Positions 1 to 12,245 of a DNA stretch of 64,000 bases are shown here, one piece after another. The stretch spans positions 26,536,001 through 26,600,000 of the forward strand of contig OZ024755.1 in the NCBI GenBank assembly GCA_964016885.1, given 5' to 3'. The position numbers and the translations under genes are program-made. How positions within the stretch are numbered: the first letter of the stretch is position 1; each line of letters begins with the position of its first letter. The notes under the pieces were generated by a model that was not told where the DNA came from, ran no database searches, and was given only the letters and a program-made list of their open reading frames with translations. This DNA comes from Eledone cirrhosa. Taxonomy: Eukaryota.

Positions 1-585
1 TAATAAACAGGAAGAGGGGGGAATGAGGTGGTAGATTTTACACTCTTGACTGTACCATACTTCTCAGCTGGGCGCCATGAACATGACGAGGAAAGCATTA
101 CCTCGCAGAACAGATTATGATACTCGATACGTAAGCCATTCCACCCCACACGGTTCCTTCCTTGGTAGATATTTCCTCCTCCTAAAATGACAGTTCGACG
201 ACCTATGACATCGGAGGTCTTGACATTGAAATTATCTAGGAGGAATTCGTTCTTGATAACGACAAGTTAATAGACATGATCTTCAATTAATCGGTATCAC
301 TGGCTGTCTTAATATATGTAACTGTTATTAGAGTACGTTTCGATCCTAGGGCTTCATGATTTCAGATGAATTGGTACAATTAACTTCCATACGGCTGAGT
401 AGCTCAATCCAATGTTGTGGAGTAGCTGTCCATTGGCGATCTCGTGTTTGAACAGATTGAAAATAACGACAAGTATGTTGAAAATATATTTTGACTAGTA
501 CTTTGTAAATGGAAGTTGGTCGACGATGCGTAAACATATATATATGTATGTATATGTATATATGTGTGTGTGAGTATTATATATG

Positions 586-661
<76 letters not shown>

Positions 662-3000
662 TGCTGTGTTGGCGTATGTGCAAGTTAAATGTGATTTCCA
701 TCAATTGTTATTTGCCTTGCGGAATTTATATGCTTTTCTTTATATTCCAAGTCTAAATCGCAACGTTATCTTGTATTCTGTGACATATACCGGCATAAAT
801 CTAATGTATATTGTCCTCCCTTTGAATCTGCAGTCTTCTACTTATGTGAAAAACTAATATTATTGAGAATATATTTGTGGGCTTTACTGATCTACTATAT
901 GTATATGTCTGGTGTTGTAGCCGTCGTTGATTTTGCTATTTAGCTTAATAACGCTGACTGATGTAGGATGAAATGCAGTCAAAGCGTAAACATGTCATCC
1001 TACTTTTAGACGTTATCCCAGCTACATTTCTTTTATATATTATTGCAGTACAATGAAAGATATATGACTGTTATTTGTGGTAGTTGGAGCAATCAAGTAG
1101 AACTTTCTTCTTTAGCCTTCTGGCTAATGATATCTAAGTAACTAAAATTATACAAGAGTTGTTTGAAGATCTCTGAATTACGTCTTACATTGCAGCTTGC
1201 CAAGTTTGTTTCAAACATCTGTACACAGATAACTAAATCATAATTATATTTAAAATATATTAATAAAAAATCTATATCTGATGAGAAAAGCAGCTGTCAC
1301 ATCGAAACAAAAATCAGGCCCTTTCACTAGAACTGCCTGCAATATCTATCTATCTTTTCTAAAGTAACCTTTATTCATTTTATTTTTATGAATCCTCTAG
1401 TCAAGAAAGTAGTCTCTACGCAGTCATTGGACCTGAAAGATATATCTGACAAATGTTCATCAAATAGCATGTTTCCATCTAAAAACAAACATAGGAAAGT
1501 TAGATAATATAGTCCTATCTACTTGATACATGAACATGGAAAGACGGGATGCTATTAACTCGAATGTTCATCACACTTCAAATCGACCAAGACGAATCTG
1601 AGGTTAAACAACAACACCAATGTTATTGTTGTTTAACATTTTACATTTGTCCAAAAAATTCCGACTCTTATAAACTACCCTGCCCTCAATTTACTCACAG
1701 GACTAACACCTTACTAATATTAGAAGTGGAGAGACACATTGGATGATATTATTCATCATATACACTGACTGTAAAATCATGAACACTATTTTGACTGCTG
1801 CCGAATCAGTGATAGCCTGGATCTAAACATAGTAAAAGAAACAGTATCAGCATCAACAACAAATGCCTTGTACGATTAAATTACATTTCTTTACATTCTC
1901 AGTTCAAATCTTGTTAGAATGAACATTGCCGCCCATTTGCCTAGGATTGATAACTTTAGGGTCTCTTATGTAATGGAGCCATTTGAGACAATTAAACCCG
2001 TCTCTGAATTCAGTGACTTTTTTTTTTGCCTATGTCAAAAATAATTGTTTATCATTGCTTAAAAAGTTAAGTCAAAACTCAGATGGTAGATATATACTGT
2101 GCAGTAAGATGAACTCAGCTATCGGGTATTTATAGTCTTGTCTATGAAACAGTACAACACATATTAACAGATGCGAACTGTCGATCACGCAAACAAATAT
2201 CCTACTGATTCTACCAGTGGCAACGACTCTTCCACCACCTTCTTAATATAGGATAACAGTTGCTTCTATTAAGTAGTCGTTTAATGGAACGATTGCGATA
2301 AAGTAGTGTATCATCATATATCTAAATGTTTCAGTTTGATTTCCTAGATCTTACGTAAGGAAACTATTTCCGAAGTATATAAACTTCTAAGATTCAGTCT
2401 GCAGTTCCGGTATTATAATATGCTGTAGCCGGAAACCAACTTACATTTATCTTTGCTCTAATTCTACATTGCTATAGGCTGTATTCTGTTGTCTAGATTG
2501 AGTTCGCAGAAACAGGCGGATAAATGAAACGAATGAGTGGGTGAAGGAGTTAATTGATTAATAAGCGAAGAAAAATAGTTGCTGAAAGAATAATTGAAAA
2601 ACTGAAACTTGTAAATTAATAAAATGTCATAGGTTAATTTCACAAACAAAAGCAATTTTCACATGAAAAGAACGATAGGAGTATGAAAGTGTTAGAAAAA
2701 TAAACGAATAAAAAAGAAGAATTAATGTGTGAAGGAATTAATGACAAAAGGAAAATAATTAATGATTGGATTAATGGAATTAATAAAGAAGAAATACAGA
2801 GGAGTCAAATAAAAAGAAAAAATAGTGTGAACCCAAAGTAGTAAGAAGAGGAAAACATTAAAACCGCGTATTAGATTGACAGGAATGAATGAATACGACA
2901 ATGAGAGAAGGATTGAATGATAAAATATATAATATAATGGAAAGTATTCAAAAAGATAAAAAGTAAACAGAAATCGAATTAGATGTAGAATAGAATAAAA

Positions 3001-3340
3001 AGAACAACAATGGAGCTAGAGGCAAGCGAGGCACTGCCTCCTGGAGCAGATAGAAACTATGCAGTGTGGAAATGCCTCAACAGACTAAGATTTGGTGTTG
3101 GACGTGCAAAAGTCAATCTACAAAAATGGGGATATTTAAAGGATGGAGACATTGTGTGTGACTGCAGCATCGGACCACAAACTACACAGCACCTCCTGAT
3201 ATGTCCCCTGCTGGAACACCCCTGCACAGCATTGGACCTGGCAGAGTTTAATGACAAAAGACAGCAATGTGTTCAGCTGTGGCGGAACCACATCTAGCCA
3301 AGCTTTGTAACTGACACTCTTGTGGACACGACAAGAAGAA
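3001..3340 (+). mobile_element. 5'-truncated non-LTR retrotransposon 3' end (Ingi/Vingi-like, APE-type), ORF2 C-terminal CCHC region
   Basis: ORF 3010-3297 WKCLNRLRFGVGRAKVNLQKWGY...CDCSIGPQTTQHLLICP matches the LNRLRxG...CxCx7-8Hx4C LINE C-terminus; short 3'UTR ends GGACACGACAAGAAGAA. Clade assignment from memory. Confidence 0.75.
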
Positions 3341-3384
3341 CTGAAAATTTAGGTAAAAGATATATATATATATATATATATATA

Positions 3385-3570
3385 TAACAAAGGAATTGTG
3401 GTAAGGAACCAGATGGACCATAACGCAGAGTACTCAATACTTAGGGTAGTAGAGTGGGAAATAGGAAAAAATATGACCCCGACGGCAGAGCTCAAGCCCT
3501 TTCGACGGCTATTTCTGGATAGCCGTCGAAACGGCTTGAGCTCTGCCGTCGGGGTCATACTTTTTCCTAT
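3385..3570. mobile_element. Fold-back Penelope-like terminal remnant, family A (contains 3' half of a hammerhead)
   Basis: About 50-bp inverted arms 3461-3511/3520-3570, (TA)n on both sides; homologous copies at 6.7k, 9.1k, 23.4k, 42.2k; arm reads GAAACGGC-TTGAGCTCT-GCCGTC. Confidence 0.75.
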
Positions 3571-4154
3571 ATATATATATTACTTACATACATATATACT
3601 TACAGAGGCACATGTTTAAATTCATACATACATACATACATACATACATACATACATACATACATACATACATACATACATACAAACACAGCAAGAGATT
3701 GACATAAAAAACAAGGAATGTTGGACTTCTCCAATATATAACAAAGCAAACTGAGTTACATTCCTTAACATCAGTCTATTGGGCGATACAATAAAGATGT
3801 GCAAAACATGGAAAAGATTCACTATCTTAGTTTCCTGGAATTAATTTATGTAAACGGTTACAGGCATGCTTATCCTATACATACACACAAACATACAGAC
3901 AACCAGTGGCGTACTGAAGAGATAGATATACTCATAACATATATATTTGCTCACATTCAATCATCCATATATCTACTCATATATCTACTAATATATCTAC
4001 TCATAATGTATACATATGCTAACATTAGATCAATTGCATATCTATAAACCCTGAGAACAATCTTGACACAAACAAAAACGTCTTGTCATAATTTAGTGAC
4101 CACCTTGAAATTGATGCATTTTGTCTCCAAGAAAAAAACATACATACATACATA

Positions 4155-4790
4155 ATATGAAAGAGTACTGGTGGAATGTTCCAGTAAAACCCCCAATAAA
4201 ATGCAGGCATAACAGATCAGATATAATGATATGGGACAGAGAAAAAGAAGGCATGCACAGTAGTGGAAGTTAGTTGCCCAGCAGATGCCATTATAATATC
4301 AAAGATTAGCGAAAAGGAGAATATTTATGCAGAACTAATGAGAAATCTGCAGATACTCCACCCTGATTATATCTTCAGATTTATGCCTGTGATTATTGGG
4401 GCACTGGAATATGTTAGTATCTGCCTCAATACAAATCTTGAGAAGCTGGGCTTCACAAAAAAACAGAAAGAACACTACTAGTTAGGAAATTATAAGTACA
4501 ATCCATTAATGGAACAGTAAAAATATGTAAAACATTCCAAACATTTTGCATCTAATAACTGCATATACACATGTACAGATACATAGCGCATGCACATGCA
4601 CACATACAACTCAAAACTTCCACATCCACACATACAATAACATCCATAACCTACACATGCATGCATGCAGACATGCATACATATCTACCTAGTTGATGTG
4701 TAAATTCCAATGAGAGAGTCTTGTAACTATGTTAGAAACCGACTCTCTCTCTATTGGCAAAAATTTGTGAAATTATAAAACCAGAAGAAC
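4155..4790 (+). mobile_element. R4-like RLE non-LTR retrotransposon 3' end inserted in (CATA)n
   Basis: Frameshifted WWNVPVKPPIKCRHNRSDIMIWD...VEVSCPAD..KISEKENIYAEL...FMPVIIGALEY is the PD-(D/E)xK restriction-like endonuclease region; 3'UTR ends CCAGAAGAA followed by (CATA)n. Confidence 0.85.
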
Positions 4791-4821
4791 ATACATACAT
4801 ATATACATACATACATACATA

Positions 4822-5255
4822 CTGCCACACAATTAAAGCACAACCGGCCTGATATTGTTGTTTGGGACCACATATTGAAAACGTGCTCTGTTGTAGAGAT
4901 CAGCTGCCCAATTGATGTCAACGTTGTAAGAAAAATACAGGAGAAGGAGGACATCTACGGACCATTGATGAGGACTTTGCAAGATACACCTTCAGCTTCA
5001 TATCCATTATTATTGGAACTACTGGTTATATACCAACCCACTTGGAACAAAGTATAACTGAACTTGGATTTGTGGACAAAAAACGCATCTCCCTAATTCA
5101 TAGACTACAAATGGCTGCGATAGCTAGCACCTTCAAAATTTGCAAAACATTCTTGCGATTCAAAGGATGACAATTTCTTTTCTTTTACAACCTTGCAACC
5201 AGGAAGGTGGCCGGTCAAAAACATACTCGAAATTAAGAGAAAGAGAGATATAAAT
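4822..5255 (+). mobile_element. Second, divergent R4-like RLE LINE 3' end in (CATA)n
   Basis: LKHNRPDIVVWDHILKTCSVVEISCPIDVNVVRKIQEKEDIYGPLMR...IPIIIGTTGY...KICKTFLRFKG*; CATA repeats on both flanks. Confidence 0.85.
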
Positions 5256-6713
5256 ACATAATACATACAGACATACATGCATATGTCAGTACATATACGC
5301 ACGGAGATACAAACGTAACAAGACAATATTATAGAAAAAGAAAATTGAGAAAGAAAAAGATAAAATAAAAATATGGGGGTTAACTTTTGCTATATACCTA
5401 TGCCCAGTTAAAGTTTAATCGATATCAAAGGGTTGATCATACAGCTATTAATCTTCATTGGTCGCTGTTTCTTGACACTAATGAAATAAAACATACAGTG
5501 ACTTTTACATTAGTGACTTGAAAATCTATACGGACGTCTTTTATTGATTGCCTCCGTTGAAGTCACTTAAAGCGAAGCTATTGATTAGGCACGGTAAAAA
5601 TATAACATATCAACGTACATACACACATATACACACACACATGTATGTATGTATGTATGTATGTATGTATGTATGTATGTATGTATGTATGTATGTATGT
5701 ATGTATGTATGTATGCATGCATGTATGTATGTATGTGTGTGTGTATGTGTGTGTATTTGTGTCTGTGTGTGTACGAAAGTATACATGTGTATATTTCTCT
5801 GAATATATGTATGTATGTGGCAGCCTATGTAAGATGGTGCTATGTATGGGAGCGATAAATATATGTTTAACTTAATAGTGGAGTTCAACACCTAAATAAC
5901 CATCAATAAATCATTTTATTATTAAAATTTACAAGTCAACAACTATTTTTAGAGATATGTCTTCATTTCACATGAAAGAACATTCGGTCGATTTTTTCGT
6001 CAGAAGACTCTTTACTTACTACATTACAGGCTGAGATTGTTTGTATACTCGCTCTTTAGCACCATGATATCTCTCATCGATTCGATGTACGAGCAAAGGC
6101 ATTCTAACCATGACCATCATATTATATTTCAGAGAAGTTATTTAGTTCGACGTAACTCACACATAATTCCTGTATATGACAAGTGGATAACCTATTGGTT
6201 CGACTCGTTTCACTATGAGTTATTAAGCTGTGATCATGTTAGAGTCACTTTATGGTTTCATACACATAATTGCTAGCTTTAATTAAAACTGGCCGGTCAA
6301 GCTTCCGCGAAATGTAAATAAGCCTTCAGTTGGTTTACACAATTTTATAAGAATATTCCGTAACCCAGCATTCCAGCGCAAGCGAGTGTCAATGAACTGT
6401 AAAACTGGTTGCTGTTATCTGTGATATGATTGTAGCATATGTACTTATCGTAAGACTGAATATGTGCTTATTATAAGTAAATATGGAGTATATGGCTTCA
6501 TATATAAAGTATTAATTTGAATATCGCTGTGTTAGAGATTTGCTAATTAAAACTAACCGATGAAGCTTGCAGTAAATGTAAATAGGGCTGAATATGGAAA
6601 CCCATGAAGTTAAGTTTACTTGTAACATGCTACACTATTATTTATAGAATCATTACAGAAGCAACTGAAATTCATCTACATCAGGTGTATTTCTCTGATT
6701 TTTCTTTCTTCCC

Positions 6714-6747
<34 letters not shown>

Positions 6748-6751
<4 letters not shown>

Positions 6752-6942
6752 GAAAAGGTATGGCCTCGATGGCAGAGCTCAAGCCGTTTCGACGGCTATT
6801 TCTGGACACCAGAAATAGCCGTCAAAACGGGTTGAGCTCTGCCGTCGGGTTCATACCTTTTCCTATTTCCCACTTTACTACCCTAAGTATTGAGTACTCT
6901 GGTGCGTTATGGTCCATCTGGTTCCTTATCACAATTCCTTTG

Positions 6943-6945
<3 letters not shown>
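6748..6945 (+). mobile_element. Fold-back PLE remnant, family A
   Basis: Inverted arms centred on GGCTATTTCTGG-ACA-CCAGAAATAGCC, long arm to 6945, (TA)n flanks. Confidence 0.75.
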
Positions 6946-6994
<49 letters not shown>

Positions 6995-7013
6995 ATGCAT
7001 GCATGTGTGCACG

Positions 7014-7062
<49 letters not shown>

Positions 7063-7121
7063 GTGCACACATGCATGCATACATACATATTTACATACAT
7101 ATATACATACATGTACACATG

Positions 7122-7163
<42 letters not shown>

Positions 7164-7239
7164 CTCTCTCTCTCTCTCTCTTAGATGGGACGTGGCTAAA
7201 GGGGAGCGACACTAAAACAAAGTTTGTATGTATGTACGG

Positions 7240-7450
7240 ACACGTAACTCCCGAGAGAATCGTAGGGGCGCCATATTGACATACGGCGTTTCTAGAGCAT
7301 TTTTTAAACATGGCGGAGCCCATCTCTCCAAGTTTGAATACAATAGATTTCTACTTGAGAAAGATGGAGGGCGAAAGAAAGGAAGTGAGAAAGAGATATA
7401 GTGGAACAATCGATCGCAGTACATGACTGGTATTTTTTTAAAGGCAAAGC
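7240..7450 (-). mobile_element. SINE variant with alternative 3' tail (homologous to 40605-40850)
   Basis: Reverse complement shares TATATCTCTTTCTCAC...GAAATCTAyTGTATTCArACyTGGAG...AGATGGGCTCC...ATGGCrCCCCTACGA with 40684-40830. Confidence 0.6.
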
Positions 7451-7649
7451 TGTATAAAAATAAGATAATTTTAGAGACAAGGTTACATATAATATTTTCA
7501 TCTAACTAGATTGCTTTTGTTTTTTATTCTCTACTTTTTAAAAGATCAGCAACTCAAATACTATAGTACTCATTTTCATTGCGAATTCATATTAATTCCG
7601 ATTGCATGAGTGAATCATTTTCAATAGCAGTGCTTAATGTTAGGTTTGT

Positions 7650-7855
7650 GAATTGAGAGAATTTGTAGAGCACCAGCGAGAATGCCTTTGCAGTATTTGT
7701 TATTTCTTCATATTCAGCGTTCAAGTCCCGTCAGTGCCAACCGATTCTTTCATCCACCGGGGATCGATAAAACAAAGTACCAGTCAAACATTCGGGTTGA
7801 TTTAATCGACTTTGCCTTTCTCCAAAATCGCTATTCTTGTGTCTAAATTAAAAAT
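7650..7855 (+). mobile_element. Degenerate tRNA-derived SINE
   Basis: CTTTCATCCACCGGGGATCGATAAAACAAAGTACCAGT core and GATTTAATCGACTTT segment. Confidence 0.65.
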
Positions 7856-8217
7856 CTATCGCAATGCGAAGTATTGATTCCCTATTTTAACTTGTAAAGT
7901 ATTTATTCACATATGTACCATAACCGCTCACTGTCGCAGGTTCATTATTGACTTACCCACGTTGTTATGCTCTAGCAATACTTTTTGCTTTGTAAACCGT
8001 TCGTAAAGGTGTATTATATTTCCGGCTTCTTCAATACTATATTGACTATTTCTACAGTATACAAACAGACTCACATAGCGTATTAATCATTTACGACTAC
8101 TGATGATGATGCATTCAGTAAACACTGAAAGATGTAGCATTTTTATTCACTTAAATACTATATATATATATGTCACACATATACACATGCACACGCACAT
8201 ACATACACGCATACACG

Positions 8218-8270
<53 letters not shown>

Positions 8271-8302
8271 ATATATATATGTATATATATATATATATAT
8301 AT

Positions 8303-8908
8303 GTCAGGTCACCACTTGGTGCTACTGGTAACATGTATCCCAGTACAACCTGTCTCATGGTCGGGTCGTTGGCGACTAAACTGGCAACCCCACTAAGGTT
8401 TCTTGGTGAGGAGGGTGACTTTGGACATCCTGCAGGACTAAAAACAAAACCTGTCAAAGGGCAAAGGAGCTCTTAAGAGTCAATGGCCATCCAAAATCAC
8501 CGGGAGAGATGACCCCTTAGCCTTTGTCAAGGCAGAATTCTAGGAGAAGGAAAACTCTGATATAACACTTGCAACCCTGATGGTATCCAATGATGTTGAC
8601 TTGTTCTTCTTTTTGGTAAATATCATCTTGGTTAAGAGAGTGGGACTGGCTTTGTGCAGTGCCTTTGCTCACTATAAAAGCTTCACGGCACAGGCATTGC
8701 TTTGTATCTGGAGATCTCTCTGCACTTGTCATTACATGGTACCATGGGCCCAGCACTATGTGTCAATAATTGTCACAGGTGTAGTGTTTGTACCAGAGTT
8801 TTCAAGTTGCTGGCTGGACTAGGAGGTCACACTCGTTCAGCGTATCGGTAGGGGTTCTCCTACATGGTTATAAAGTGGTGGCCGTACTCGAAAACGAGTT
8901 GGCAGCCA

Positions 8909-8910
<2 letters not shown>
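8303..8910 (+). mobile_element. Internally deleted RTE-type element (5'UTR-like segment joined to 3' C2H2-like end)
   Basis: GC-richer block between (TA)n tracts; TAGGAGAAGGAAAACTCTGA typical of RTE 5'UTRs (from memory); 3' part encodes [20 protein letters not shown]; terminus TGGCCGTACTCGAAAACGAGTTGGCAGCC resembles the 29.1k and 55.85k copies. Confidence 0.6.
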
Positions 8911-8998
<88 letters not shown>

Positions 8999-9059
8999 TT
9001 ATACTGTTGGCTTCTTGCTTCAATGTTTTCTATACCTTTCATTTATATATATATATATA

Positions 9060-9091
<32 letters not shown>

Positions 9092-9094
<3 letters not shown>

Positions 9095-9164
9095 CGAAGG
9101 AAATGTGGTAAGGAACCAGGTGGACCATAACGCACCAAAGTACTCAATACTATATATTCCTCCG

Positions 9165-9250
<86 letters not shown>

Positions 9251-9280
9251 ATGGTTCCTTGCCACACCTCTTTCGTTATA
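9092..9280. mobile_element. Partial family A PLE termini
   Basis: AACGAAGGAAATGTGGTAAGGAACCAGGTGGACCATAACGCACC at 9093 and a degenerate inverted piece at 9250-9278, interleaved with (TA)n. Confidence 0.6.
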
Positions 9281-9290
9281 TATATATATA

Positions 9291-9542
9291 TATTAAGAAT
9301 GGAGATGGTTTTCCATATTTCACTTCAGTTTATTGTCTTACAGCACACCCATTATGTAAATTTCAAAGGCATTAAAATGTCACTATGTGGTAATTATTTA
9401 AGGCGTTGTCGTCAGACAGGTTGTGAAAAACATAAAGATAGGTGTATATGACATTTTAATGCCCTTGAAGTGTGCATATTGAGCGTGATGTAAGATAATA
9501 AACTGAAGAGGATATATGTAATATTGTCCCCTTTTCTTAATA
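9291..9542. repeat. Diverged inverted repeat, about 100-bp arms
   Basis: CTTCAGTTTATTGTCTTACAGCAC...TTCAAAGGCATTAAAATGTCA pairs with TGACATTTTAATGCCCTTGAA...GTGATGTAAGATAATAAACTGAAG. Confidence 0.7.
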
Positions 9543-9728
9543 TAGATAATCGGTGTAGTACCATATATGTAATACCTTTAGGGCTAGATATAACGTGGAT
9601 AGCTTATGCTTCATTACACCATAGTTAGTTGATTGCTTAGATACACCATCACGGATTATAGAACCGAAACACACACACACACAAATATATGTATAGTGAG
9701 AGAGTGAGAGAGAAAGAAAGAGAGATAG

Positions 9729-9730
<2 letters not shown>

Positions 9731-9812
<82 letters not shown>
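9731..9812. repeat. (GA)n microsatellite
   Basis: Pure GA tract. Confidence 0.95.
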
Positions 9813-9818
<6 letters not shown>

Positions 9819-9916
9819 ATTTAGGCTGATCGAATCGGTTTTCTCTTACTGTGGGCAATTGCAAATATATTCTACATTTACCAAGGTATTGAGCAATTCT
9901 TCCATGCATTAAACCA

Positions 9917-9968
<52 letters not shown>

Positions 9969-10101
9969 GTGTGTGTGTGCGTGCGTGTGTATGTAGTTGT
10001 ATGTATGTGTAGGTATGTATGTGTATGTATGCATATATATATATATATATATCTGTGTGGGAGAGAGAGTGTGTCTGTGTGTGTATTTGTGTGTGTGTTG
10101 C

Positions 10102-10138
<37 letters not shown>

Positions 10139-11189
10139 GCGTGTGTTCAAATATCTTGAAATATTGAATTTGTAGAAGTGGAAGGCGTACTCATACATTT
10201 CGAAATGAAATAACTGAAACGTATCATATATTTTTGTAAACAAAACTAAAAGTCTTCTCGTTCTGTATGAAAACATCAATTAACTGTATGGGAATTCATG
10301 AGAAGAATTGTATATAAATGTCCTGTTTTCAATTTCATTTCTATTTTGGAAGAAAATAACCACTCAGTTTGTATGCATGTTTGAGTAATCTTGTTAACAA
10401 ATATGATTGAAAATAACGAAAGATTTCTGACGGAAGCTGTTGTTCCCATTGAAAAATATCTTTATTTCTTAAGCTTCAATGACGTTCCCAATTTTATATA
10501 AACCAGTAGAGTATAACAAATAAAAATTTGGCAATGTACTCTTAATTATATTTATATTACTTCAAATGAAGGGGATAAGCCCAGCTCATTCGGCACATGT
10601 ATGTGTATGTACGTGCGTACGTTGGTATGAGTGTGTGTTTGTATTTGTGTGAGTTGGTGTGTATGTTTGTGTATTTGTGCGTATGTTTGTGTGAGTTTGT
10701 ATGTTTGTGTGAGTGTGTGTGCATATTTGTGTGAGTGTGTGTGCATATTGTGAGAGTGTGTGTATGTTTGTGTGAGTGTGTGTGTTCGAAATATAAAGTT
10801 TATCTTGTCAGTGTTCATAATTATCAGCGTAGGCTTCTTTTCAGCATAGATTTTTCAATTCTTACCAAACCCGTAACCCCAACTGTGAACCAGTCTACCT
10901 AGTGACTTAGGTGGTGCCATATCAACGGCTTTAATACTGCAATATTTGTAGAAGCAACACGCCATAAGGAATTTCTCTTGTTTTACATCATTGTGGTGCA
11001 GACTTGGATTTAGTTGATGACGTCGAACCAAGTGCTCATTGCTTTTCATGTCTGGAATTTATTTTATCGATATATATTTGTCGAACTGCTACGTTATTAG
11101 ATATATACACAGGCACCGACATGAATTTAAGCACACACTCACACTCACACACACACATATGCATATAAATGTATGTATGTGTGTGATTA

Positions 11190-12160
11190 GAGATCTACAC
11201 TAAGGGGAGCTAATTGCTGATTAATTTGTGTATATGAGACAAATGTATAATCTAGTGTTAGTTGTTTATGACTCCAATTAGTTAAATTCTATGTGTTAAT
11301 ATACAATATATTATATTATAAGTGAATCCTTTTATATAATGCTATTTATTTTTATATTTTTATATTTAATTTAAAGGTCTCAATTTACCACTACCTACCC
11401 TTATACTAATTAAATGAATGAAATATTGGGAAGGAAGATATTGTAGTTATATTAAGTGGTGGTAACTTTATGTTTATTCCCAATAGTTATTGTTGAGTAT
11501 AAGATCTGAAATAAACAGGAGATATGTGGAGGGATGAGCTGATACAAGAATGTGATGCTATGGGGGTATTATATGCTGATAAAACCTAGAGGTAAAGAGT
11601 TAACGGCGGTGAGGAATCCAGATCTGACATTGTTATATATTAGCAGCTAGGTTTAAAATTGTAGAAAGAGTGTCGGTGGTAGTATTGGCACGTGGAAAAA
11701 ATTTCTGATTTTCTATTTAAAAGGTTTAGCTTAGAATAGATTATAATGCGAGTCTCGAGAAGACAGAGGTTGCATAATCTATTCGGTGGTTTATACGAGG
11801 TGGCCCTGTCTATTACTTCCCATTGAAGTGTATATGGTCTATTCCTAGTTTTCAGAGAGTGTATGTAGGTAGATAAAGAAGTGGAGTTGGCTAGATTGCG
11901 ATTTTTGAAAGTGTGAAGATGCGAGTTATATCTCGTCTTGAAGCAGTTCGAAGTAGAACCGATATATGTTTTCGAAGTGTTATTTGTAACGACTGTGCAT
12001 GAGTAAATGATGTCTTTGATTAAGCAATTTTTTCCCAAGGGGCAAGTTCTATTTGTTCTACAATTACAGTTATTTTGGTTGTTTACTTGCTGGTTAATAT
12101 GGTGTGTAGATGCATGGTTGTTAGGGAGAGCATTTGGGTAATGATGATTATAATTCCCAC
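11190..12160 (-). mobile_element. 5'-truncated Penelope-like element: C-terminal GIY-YIG endonuclease plus AT-rich 3' region
   Basis: ORF ending at 11640: CNCRTNRTCPLGKNC linker, IIY...YIG (GIY-YIG), FKTRYNSH, CNLCLLE, LLNRKSE; 5' junction abuts (TA)n; 3' boundary uncertain. Confidence 0.9.
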
Positions 12161-12210
12161 ATATATATATATATATATATATAAATATATATATATATAT
12201 GTGTATGTTT

Positions 12211-12245
<35 letters not shown>

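Noticed and set aside
20-490. Possible mariner transposase relic (PYSPDLAP-like, IENNDKYVE) or a 63-nt exon at 68-130
   Set aside because: Similarity is too weak and the two readings conflict; not supportable without a search
1395-1625. Old dispersed repeat ending in CTAAACAACAAC-like tails (also about 26.3k, 27.7k, 43.9k)
   Set aside because: Probably an ancient SINE family, but too diverged to set boundaries by eye
3349-3619. Mirror ORFs MTPTAELKPFRR... on both strands, repeated at 6.8k and 42.2k
   Set aside because: A consequence of the DNA palindrome; frames are not preserved between copies
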